A stretch of 64,000 nt of DNA from Blepharisma stoltei ATCC 30299 (lineage: Eukaryota; Protista; Ciliophora). The stretch is taken from assembly GCA_965603825.1 (NCBI GenBank), contig CBFDEM010000036.1, forward strand, positions 124,001 through 188,000. The letters are read 5' to 3'. The notes under the pieces were generated by a model. That model ran no database searches and had not been told where the DNA came from. It worked only from the letters and a program-made list of their open reading frames with translations. Position numbers and translations under genes: made by a program. Of this stretch, positions 33,801 to 44,757 are shown piece by piece (positions within the stretch are counted from its first letter, which is position 1; every line of letters starts with the position of its first letter).

Positions 33801-36800
33801 ATTCTTTATCTCTATATGATATCAATAACTTTTTATTTTCTATTACAAAAACAATTTTTACAAACAACTCCTGTACTCTAAATGGAGGGGGAATTTTCAT
33901 ATCAAAAAATTCTCCTGTTGAACTCTCATTAATGCTGAAAATTGATAATACTGATTTTTATAACAACAAGGCATATGCAGGCTCTTCGCTTTTTATAGAC
34001 GGAAATGCTCAACTTTCTACTGATTCTTCAATAAGTAATTGTAAATTTCAAGAAAATAAAGCAAGCTTCTCAGGCACTATTTGAGTCTATTATATTAATG
34101 GGCTATTGGAAATTAATTCTTGCAATTTTGTTAAGAACGATGGACTATTTAGCTCAGGGTTAAGTATAGCGATAGGTGAAAACAGCTCTGAAAAAATTTC
34201 GAAATTAACTTTAAACTCTTGCAATTTTCAATTTAATAAGGGTAACGTGACTATATCAATTGATAATCCTTATACAAACTCAACACTAGAAACAAATTAT
34301 TGCTTATTTGAATATAATTATGGATCTGTATTTTCACTTGATAATGGCTACGTAATTGATAAAAATTCAAGATTTCAGCACAATTATTCACCAAATTCTG
34401 GAGGAGTTCTGAACTTAAAGAATTCTGCAATTTTTGTAGCTGAAAATGCAATTTATATTAACTGCAGTAGCAGTCTTAACGGTGGAATAGCTTCGATTAG
34501 CATGAATTCTCAATACTTTTGCTTTTCTTGTAGATTTACAGAGAATTCCTCAAAATCCTCAGGAGGTGTTATATATGCTGACTCAGATGCTGCATTTCAT
34601 ATATATAGCTCAATACTTAATAAAAACTCATGTAAAAATAGAGGATCAGCTATATTCATGGCAAGTGCATTGGCTAATTCATCTATAGATAATTCTAAGG
34701 TAATTGAAAACTATTCATACGGTGAAGGAACTATAGCTCTTTTAGCATCAATCATTTCTATTAATTCCTTAGAAATTTCTAATAACTCAGTTAGCGAAAA
34801 ATATCCAGGGATTCATCTAGAAAATTCAAATGCTGTGATTGCCAACTCTTCCTTTTCTAATCAAAATGGAGATGAAGGCTGCTTTATTTTTCTAAGCTCA
34901 AGTTCCGTAGCGATCATAAATTCAAGCTTTCATGATGGATTTTCAAAAAATTCAGGAACAGCTTTGCATGCAACATCTAGCATCCTAAATATTTTTTCAA
35001 CAACATTTTTAAATCTTTTTTCAAATAGCGCAGGGGGATCAATTTATTTATGAGAAAACAGCAATCTTACTCTAAAAGATTCAATATTCATAAATTCAAA
35101 CTCATCAATCGACTCATATACAAGCTTTATCGAGATAACAAACACATCATTTACGAATTATTCAAGTTCTTGCATTTATGGATCTCAAATTAATTTATTA
35201 GCCAAATCATCCTATTTTTTAAACGGTTATAGCAGTACTGTTGGAGCAGCATTATATTGCTCGGAATGTAATAATATTTCTATAATTTCATCTGAGTTTT
35301 CAAATAATACTGCTCAAAAAGGAGGAGCTTTTTATATAGAAAATAAAGCTGATCATCTTAATTCTTCTCAATGCAATATAAAGTCTTCTAGATTTATTTC
35401 AAATATAGCTGGTAATGGAGGAGCTATTTGGACAAATAATATAAATTTGAATATTTTTGCATCAGTATTTGATGAAAATTACGCTAAAGATTGAGAGACA
35501 AAAACAATTCAAGAAATAGCTGATGGTATTGGAGGAGCTATAAGAGTGAGTTGTGAGGAATCAGAAATCCCTTGCTATTTTGATATTTCCTCAAACAATT
35601 TTAGTAGCAATTGGGCAGCTTATAAAGGAGGAGCTATCAACTGAGATGACTCAAGACCCAAATTGGAAAATAATAATTTTTGAAATAATTCAGCACTATA
35701 TGGAAATGATATAGCCTCGTTTCCAACTATGATGGTGTTTCTAAATGATACAAACCAAAGAGTTCTTCAATATCAAGGAAACTCTGAATTGACTCTTAAT
35801 AATATTGCATCTGGACAAAATAAAAATCCGCCATTAACTTTTGCTTTGGTTGATGATATTTCTCAGATAATTACAACCGATTGCATCAGTCAGACCCAGC
35901 TTCAATCTTTAAGTGATGATTTAATTATTTCTGGGACCTCAATTGCATATGCAGCGCACGGAATTTTTTACTTAAATGAATATATTATTTCAGCCAAACC
36001 AGGATCTTCTCTTCAAATCAACATTGTTTCTTCAGCGATAGATGAGTCAAAAATGAATAAATCTCCTTATTCAATACAAATGTCATCAAAATTGCCTATA
36101 TATGTAAACTTGAGGCTGTGTGAGATTGGTGAGGCAACTGTCGGTCTTGACTGTGAAATTTGTCTTGAAAATTATTATAATATTGATAGTAAAAAATCTA
36201 AGTGCTTAGATTGCCCTTCTTCTGCAATTTGCTATGGAAACTATACAATCGTTCCAAAGAGTGGCTATTGGAGAGACAATAAATTCACTGATCATTTTTG
36301 GAAATGTCCATATCCACCAGCCTGCTTAGGGTCTCCAGATATTTCAAACTTATCCTTTACTGGAAAATGTGCCAAAGGATACGAAAATAATATGTGTCAC
36401 TCATGTGCGAAAGGATATTCTAGATTATATAAAAACGAATGCCAAGAATGCAAAAGCACTGCTAGTAATGCTTTGAGGCTTTTAGGAATTTTTAGTTTGC
36501 TTGTTTTTATGGTGATAGCTATAATAAAAACTTCAAGAAAATCTGCATTCGAGCAGGCATCTTTGTCATCCATTTATATAAAAATTTTTTGGAATTATTT
36601 ACAGATCATGATTATAATAGCTACTTTTAGCTTAAATTGGCCTTATGAAGCAGTTCAATTATTTTATATCCAGACTTGCATGGACTATATAGGGGCCCAG
36701 CTATATTCTGCTGACTGTTTTTTGCAATCTTTATATTCAAAAAATGATGTCTATTATTACAAAATATTAATTACTAGTTTAACTCCATTTTCTCTTGCAT

Positions 36801-37747
36801 TCATTTGCCTGCTGTTATGATTGATAATTTATGCAATAAAAAAGAAAAATCTAAAAGAGTTTCTAGATGATTACCTATCGACATTTACAGTTATATTATT
36901 TTTGATTCACCCAAGTATCACAAATATAATGTTCAGTATTTTTAGTTGCAAAGAAGTAAATAGTGGAGAATACTGATTATATGCAGACCTTGGAATTAGA
37001 TGTTGGGACGGCCATCATTTACTTTATGGACTTTTATTCGCATTGCCTACAATAATTATTTGGGTAATTGCAGTCCCTGCACTCTGTCTTATAAAATTAG
37101 TAAAAAACAGAAGAAAACTAGAAGATATATCAATTAAAATGAAATTTGGATTTTTATTTAATGGCTACAACTTAAAGCATTATTATTGGGAATTTTTAAT
37201 CTTATACTGAAAAGTTATTTTAATTATACTTTCGGTGTTTTTCTCAAATTTTTCAATAAATATTCAAGCTCTTACCGTAGCTTTAATGCTTGCTATATTT
37301 CTCCATATTCAAGTTAAAAATCAGCCTTATTGTGTAACACTGGTCAATAAAGTAGAAATATTTTCTATAGTCGCTGCTCTTATAACAATTATAGCTGGCC
37401 TCTTCTTTATAACTGATGATTTAGATAGTATCGGTGATAATATTTTACTTGCTTTTTTATTGCTTTTCAACTTTATATTTATCATATATATAGCAACTCA
37501 GCTTCTAATGCAAATTTCTATATTTAAAAAATGCTTTGTCATTTTAGCAAATGTTTTGCACATTAACAAAGAAAAAAAATATCAAGTCAGGGATGACTTA
37601 GATTATAAAAATGTTAACGACCACGAAAGCAAGTTTATTACAGTCGGCATCTCAAGCGTTCAAAATTTATCTGAAATTAAGTATGATTCAATTGTTTCCA
37701 TGGAAATAGATCCTTTTGCTTCAGAAAATTCACAAGCTATAAGTTAA
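30850..37747 (+). CDS. Family A receptor copy A2, ~2293 aa: signal peptide, ~4+2 LNR, beta-helix, stalk, Cys-rich module, ~9 TM
   Basis: ATG 30850, TAA ending 37747. Removing the 16-nt intron gives 6882 nt in one frame. KFGFLFNGYNLKHYYWEF motif in the TM region. Confidence 0.92.
30931..30946 (+). other. 16-nt intron GTAATTTTTATTGTAG
   Basis: Needed to join the signal-peptide exon to the main frame (CPDIM|KGNHQC). Confidence 0.93.
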
Positions 37748-37880
37748 AAACATTCTCGCAATAAGCTTAATTTTTTATTTTCCGAAGGTTAATAATTTAT
37801 GATTATTTAAATATCTAAAATTAAAAGATCTAAAAATAAAATATGAATATAAGAAGTTTAAAATAAAATAGCATAAGGTT

Positions 37881-38031
37881 ATGGTAAAGTTCAGCTGCTC
37901 CTTTGATTCTTTCGATGCAATCAATGCATGTCTGTCATCTGGTCAAAGCATTGATTTTCTCATAAGCAAGATTTTCTGATCACAGCATAGAGTGCATAAA
38001 AATTGCAACAACAAAAAATCAAAAGAAAATT
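37881..38031 (+). pseudogene. 5' relic of a T3-type gene directly after A2
   Basis: MVKFSCSFDSFDAI resembles T3 MNKVSCSLDSFDAI. Decays through ...ATAAAAATTGCAACAACAAAAAATCAAAAGAAA (compare IKISVNNKSKE). Confidence 0.75.
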
Positions 38032-38325
38032 AATCAAATATATAATCTTTATAAAGCAGATCTTAATTGACTGCTTTTAAAACCTTAGGAATAATATTTA
38101 TCAGCGTTATATAGGCATTAAAATCAACAGGGTATCTCACATCAGCTGTTTCTTTATTCTTTTCTCTCATCATTTCTGATCCTGCATAGATCTACCTAAC
38201 ACCTGACCAGATGCAAAAGGTATTTTCTGCTTTCTGAGTGATTTTCTTCAAGGTGCTTCTAGGTAGCTAAATCGTCTCCATTGTCATAATTAACTTAAAT
38301 AAGATATAAAAATAAAATATCAAGC

Positions 38326-40733
38326 ATGGCAAGAGTTTGCTGCTCTTGTTGCCTCTTAGACGCAATCTTTATATCTGACTGTGAGCAGTTTAAAGCATGC
38401 CAAAAGCATTATTTTTCTTTTGAAGCTCAAGGGTATAATCTAAAACGAATAAAGATCCCAATCAACAAAGAGTCCAAAAAGATCTTATTGGATTTTATCG
38501 TCACGCTAAAGAAGGAATTTAAGGATCGAATTGACGATTTAATTGAAGAAAGCTCAAAAAACGAAGATAATGAAAAATATAAGGAGAAACTAAGCTGATT
38601 AAGTAATGCTTTTCATGACTGCAGTAGTATCGTCATGTTTTTATTGAGAAAACAATTTGTTTTGATGAAGCAAATTTTAAGTCCTTTTGAATATTTTTTA
38701 ACTCAGCCAAAGGAAAAAGCACAACAATACACAGAGCAGCATTGAGACCGGAATGATTTATTAGAATTTTGTCGATCAGTTAGAGCACATATATTTGATT
38801 TCAATTATTATAAGTTTGAAAATGAAAAATTTATTCACGGCTGGGCTTATAAGTCAACTTACAATCTGCACAATCGTCTATCAGATTTCTGTAATTTAAT
38901 ATTTTTTGATTTTATTAAAATATCTGAATATGAGATGGCATATGAATTATATCAAAATCTCAAGAGCTATTTAGAATTTTATGACGACTCTTCAATTCAA
39001 AATATTAAAAGTATTATAGTTTTGTTTGGTAAAATCCTTAAAAAAATTATAAAGAAAAAAGATCATTCTCAGCTCGATGAACAATGAAAAATATTAAATT
39101 GGAATAAAAACCCAACTGATAATTCATCTAAAAAATTAGATTTTTGGGGATATTTTATTTTGAGTCAAATACTTACTATGATGTCTATAAAAAATAATGT
39201 TTCTGAATATTACTTTCAAACTCTCCGTACTGCAGAATACTTTTCTCAACATTATTCTGAAAATATTGCAAATAAAATTAACCAAGAGCTAGGATTGCTC
39301 TATTATGGCAAAAAAAACTATAGCAAGTCAATAGAATGTTTTAATAAATCGATTAAATATCATATAGACCGCCTCCAAAAAGACTCATGGCAGAATAAGG
39401 CAGGTGTCTGAGATGACTCCTTAGAATATTTAATTGAAGCCTATCTTTGATTGGCAAAAGCACATAGTGCCATAAAAAATAATGAAATGATTAAAAAAAT
39501 TCGAAAATGAGTTAAGTTTCAATGTGCAGAAGCTAAAGATAAATTTCTATACCATGCAACTATTGGAGAGATTTATTATCTTCTGAATTATTTTTATAAA
39601 GCTTTTAAAAAAATATGGGAATGCATTAAAATGTCTAAACAGAACAAAAATATAAACTCGTACGAATTATCAAATTTATGACTTTTATTAGCAGATATTT
39701 ATGTCTGAAGAGGCGATTTTACAAAAGCACACCAGTCTCTTTGCATTGCTAAATCTTTGCGTAGCATTTTACCTATTGCAGATCCAAATGAGCAAGAAAT
39801 TTATAAAGCATTTGGAATATTCTATTTAAATAGGCAGTGATATGATGAGGCTCTAATATCCTTTGGAAAAATAACAAGCAGATGATCTAATCATGAGCTT
39901 TTATTTGCTAATTTTTCTATGGGTATAGCTTATTTTTGAAAGCTGGATTATCAAAACGCAATAGAATTTCTAACTGGAGTAAAAAAAATGATGTCTGGTT
40001 TTACTAAAAGTTATAAAAATGAGCTATTTATTGCTAATGCGTACCTTGGAGAATTATGCTATCTTCAAGGCAATTTAGAAAACGCAAACAGATACTTTAC
40101 CGAAGCGTTTGAGCTTATTGACAGCTACGATATTTCTAATATTGATATTTATTTAAAATCCCAAAACTTTGTCTTAGTTATTTTTATGGAAAATCTGAGT
40201 ATGAAAAATGTGAAGTTATTTTGCTGAGGATGAATGATATATTAGAAAATTTCAATCATCTGAAATTCAGAATGCCTTTATATTTTATTCAATGAGCAGA
40301 GCTGTATATAGCTTGAAATAAAAAGGAAGAAGCAGAAGAGTGCTTGAGTAAAGCTGAAAATTTATTGAATATAGGCAAAATTTGATTATTTTCTAAAAAA
40401 TCGATAAAAATCAATGACCTAGATTGTATAAGTGACTATATAGATCTTGCCAAAATTTATGTTTCTGTTAACAATTTTCGAAAGGCAGAAAAAATTTTAA
40501 AATACACTAAAGATGCTATTTATAAAAAGAGACACAATGATCTATTTTCGAAACTAGATATTTATTACTCACTTGGTGATCTATATGCAAAAAAGCAAAG
40601 ATATAAAAATGCAAAACATTATTTTAGCAAGGCATTACATTTACAGAAAAAAATTAACCCTAACTCAAACGCAGTGAGTGATCTTAATAAATGATTAATT
40701 GAAATTGATGGAATATTGGAAATTTATGGCTAG
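38326..40733 (+). pseudogene. Family T copy T1 (Cys/His N-terminal motif + TPR-like helices), one 1-nt frameshift
   Basis: One frame from ATG 38326 to ~40175, where GTCTTAGT lacks a T relative to T2 GTCTTTAGT. Homology continues in the shifted frame to TAG 40731-40733. Could be a homopolymer sequencing error. Confidence 0.75.
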
Positions 40734-41194
40734 AAAGGTTCAAATAAATATCCATTAATAATAAGTTAATTTTAATCATATTTACTGGAATAACCCTAAT
40801 ATATAATAATTATCTGAGTTTTCAATTTAATTTTTAATAATGAAGAAAAGTTTATATTAAAATTGTTGCAAATTCTATTTATAACAGATCAGATTCAATT
40901 TTAATTTGCTGAATAGATTTAGCAGCTCAGATCTAGCATGCAGTCAACTAGATTGGCATAAATTATTCACAGTGTAGATAGACAAGGCTGTTTCTTATTC
41001 TTTTTCCTGAAGCATACCATAAAGTTCATAACTACTTCTTTTCTTATCCTGCACCTCTTCTCTCGTCACCAGGCCAGAAGCAAAAAGACCTTTGCAGTTT
41101 TTATTTGCTATATTTCGCTGCTTTATGAGTGCTTTTCTTAAACTACTTCTATGTAGCTAAATTACCTGTATTCTTATAATATTTATTTAAAATA

Positions 41195-44060
41195 ATGGAA
41201 AACGAAAGCTGTTCTTGTTGCTCTCTAGACGCAATCTTTGAATCCAATTGCGGTCAGATTAAAGCATGTCCAAAACATTATTTTTATTATAAAATCCAAG
41301 GATATGAACTAAAACGTATAAAAATCCCTATTAACAGTGAATCCAGACAAATTTTATTAAGCTTCATAACCAAGTTAAAGCAGGAATGCATATATTGATT
41401 AGATAATTTACTTATCGAAAACTGAAAAAACGAAGATAAAAACTACGAGGAGGAACTAAGCTGATTTAATGAGATGCATAATTACTGCAGCAGAATCATC
41501 TTGTTTTTTAATGCAAATGAATTTGTTCAAATGAAACTCATTTTAAGCCCTTTGGAATATTTTTTAACTCAGCCAAAGGAAAAAGCCCTAAAATATATAG
41601 AGGAACATTGAAATCGAGCAAATTTATTAGAATTTCGTAAAACAGTTAAATTGCATTTGTGTGATTTCAATTATTTTAAATTTAAGGATCAAAAATATAT
41701 TCATGGCTGGGTTTATAAGTACTCATACAACAAGCCCCGTCTATCGAATTTCTGTAGTATAATATTTTTTGATTTTATTAAAATATCTGAATATGAGATG
41801 GCATATGAATTATGTCAAAATCTCAAAAGTTATTTAGAACTTTATGATCATTCCTCAATTCAAAAAATTAAAAATATTATAGATTTATTTGGTAATATCT
41901 TTACAAAAATTTTAGAAAAAGAAAGCTATTTTCAGCTTTATGAACAATGAAGACAAATAGCTGATAATGAATCCCAAACATTAGTCACTAATAAAATAAA
42001 AACACTTGCTACTAATGCATTACAAAAAAATGCTAATAATGCACTTCAAGCATCAGTTCCTAATGCATTATCAAAACTATTAGAGCCTTCATTAATTAAA
42101 AAACCAACTGGCTATTCTTCAAACAATTTAGAATTTTTTTTATGCTTTATTTTGGATCGAGTTCTTTCTATGATGTTTATTGATAACAATGTTTCTGAAT
42201 ATTGCTATAAAATTCTCTGTGAAGTAGAATACTATTCTCAATATTATTCTAAAAATACCGCAAATAAAATTAATCAAGAGTTAGGGTTATTCTATTATGG
42301 CAGTAAAAACTATAGCAAGTCAATAGTTTGTTTTAAAAACTCTATTAATTATCATACAGAGCGTCTTCAAGGAGACAAATGGGAGAATATCGTAGGTATC
42401 TGAGAAAACACCATAGAATATTTAATTGAAGCTTATCTTTGTTTGGCAAGAGCGTATAGTGCATTAAACAAAAATGAAGAAATAAAAGAAATTCTAAAGA
42501 TAATAGAGATTGGATTAGTTAAAGATAAATTTTTTTATTGTGCAACAATTGCAGAGATTTACTATCTTCTGAATGATTTTGATAAAGCTTTTGAAACCAT
42601 ATGGAAATGCATTAAAATGTCTAAGCAAAAAGAATTTATAAACTTTTACAAATTATCAAATTTGTGGCTTTATTTAGCAGATATTCATACCTGAAAAGGA
42701 GATTTTGAAAAAGCACACCAATCTCTTTGTAATGCTAAATCTTTGTTAAGCATTTTACCTAAAGCAGATCCAAACGAGCAAGAAATGTATAAAGCATTTG
42801 GAATATTCTATTTAAATAGGCAGTGATATGATGAGGCTCTACTATACTTTGGATTCATAAATAATAGGTGATCCAATCATGAGCTGTTATTTGCTAAGCT
42901 TTCTATGGGAATTGTTTATTTTTGAATGCTGAGCGTTGAAGAAGCATGGGAATTTTTAATTGAAGCAAAACTATTCATGCATTTTTTTACTGAAAGTTAT
43001 AAAATTTAATATTATTTAAATAAATTAGCTTTGTGCTGCTCTTTATTTTGTAGGATTAACAGTAAAGCACACACTTAATTCTCATTCATGAAAAACATTC
43101 TAATTTCTGAATTCCTAGTCAACAAAAATTAAATAATTGATTATAGTCCTTTGTTGTAGATGGTGATTTTGGAATATAATAAGAAAAATATAAAGGGGCT
43201 TTATCTTAAAACACTAAATACCCTAATCTTTGCTCTCTGCAATAGTGGAGCAAAATAGATAAAATTACTGGAAAAAATAAGTAAGAGCTCGACTTAATAC
43301 ATTTTATTTTTTTGATATTTATAAAAATGAGCTATTTATTGCTAATGCGTACCTTGGAGAATTGTGCTATCTTAAAGACAATTTAGAAAAAGCAAATAGA
43401 TACTTTACTAAAGCGTTTGAGCTTATTGACAGCTATGATGTTTCTAATATTGATATGTTTTTAAAATCCCAAAACTTTGTCTTTAGTTATTTTTATGGAA
43501 AATCTGACTATGAAAAATGTAGGGTTATTTTGCTAAGAGTGAATGAAATATTAGAAAATAATGTGCATCAAAAGTTTAGAATGCCTTGCTACTTTATTCA
43601 ATGAGCAGAGTTATATATATCTTTAAATGAAATCGAAAAAGCTGAAAAATGCTTGAGTAAAGCAGAAAAATTATTGTTTTCTCAAAAAAATATAGCAATC
43701 AAGGATCTGAGTTGTATTGGTGACTATATAGATGTTGCAAATATTTATATTAATTTATCAAATAATTCTGATAAAACAAATTTTCAAAAGGCAGAAAAAA
43801 TTTTAAAATACGTTGAAGAGGTTGTTAACGAAAAGAGACGCAATGATCGATTTTCGAAATTAGCTATATATTACTGTCTTGGAAAGTTGTATTTTAAAGA
43901 GCAAAGATGGGAATATTCAAAACTTTACAATCAAAAATCATTCGATTTATATAAGAAATTCACCTATAACCCAAACGTAGCGAGAGATCTTAAACATAGA
44001 ATCGATTCATTGATGAAATATTGGAAATTTATGGATAGAAAGTTTAAAATAAATACCTAA
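41195..44060 (+). CDS. Family T copy T2, ~847 aa after removal of a 322-bp insertion
   Basis: The frame before and after the insertion differs by exactly 322 mod 3. The joined sequence TESYKNELFIANAYLGELCY matches T1 TKSYKNELFIANAYLGELCY. TPR-like motifs (LG..Y....Y..A...F). Confidence 0.8.
41987..42082 (+). repeat. Four imperfect 24-nt coding repeats in T2 (TNKIKTLA/TNALQKNA/NNALQASV/PNALSKLL)
   Basis: In-frame, 8-aa period, absent from T1 and T3. Confidence 0.65.
42997..43326. mobile_element. 322-bp IES-like insertion bounded by the TA-containing direct repeat TTATAAAA
   Basis: Repeats at 42997-43004 and 43319-43326. Excising one repeat plus the interior restores the T2 ORF. No GT-AG in any register. 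Confidence 0.88.
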
Positions 44061-44757
44061 AGTTAATAATAATAAAAATAATTCTGCTTGAGTGTCTTAT
44101 TTGTTGGCATGACTGTATCACATTACATTGAGAGAACGGTCATTCCATTTTTCTTACTGAGAACCAGAAGTTTTCATTTTATTGAGGTCCCAGCTTTGCT
44201 TTTATATTAAACCTGAATTTGTATTTTCATAATAAACAATTTCTTTTTCTAAAGAATGGTTTCTTTTTTGCTGAATAATCGGGTCTATATTTATTATAAT
44301 AAACAAATTTTTTTACCATTGATTTGATTGTAAATTTTCTCAATAAAATTTTAATATGCAAGCTTATTCATAAAACAGATCTTTATCTTGATGAATAAAT
44401 AAGTTATTATTTTATGTAAATCCCTTAGCAATTTTAATGTTGGCTTACCAGGCAAAATGTTTTGATGTTAATTCTTGGTCTTTTGTGAAAAATTTTCTTA
44501 TGGCAAATTTTTCCAGTTCTGCTTCTCCTTCTTGCAAACTCAGAACACCTTTACTGATCCTCCAACCCAATGTTTTACCTTAATAAAATTGTATATATTT
44601 TAAGAAAATGCATTAAAAATATTTTGATTGGCTTACTGATGAATGCGAGCTCTTTAAAAAAAGATAAAGCTTTTGCTCATCAAAAAAAGGGAAGAGATGT
44701 AAAATATGAATCTAATATTTATCATTAAAGATTTACTTAAGAAGTCTTAGCGTTTTA

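Noticed and set aside
38195-38201. Telomere-like CCTAACA
   Set aside because: A single partial unit inside a spacer. No tandem telomeric array anywhere in the window.
42997-43326. Spliceosomal intron in T2
   Set aside because: No GT...AG in any register of the direct repeat, and far longer than the 15-16 nt introns seen here.
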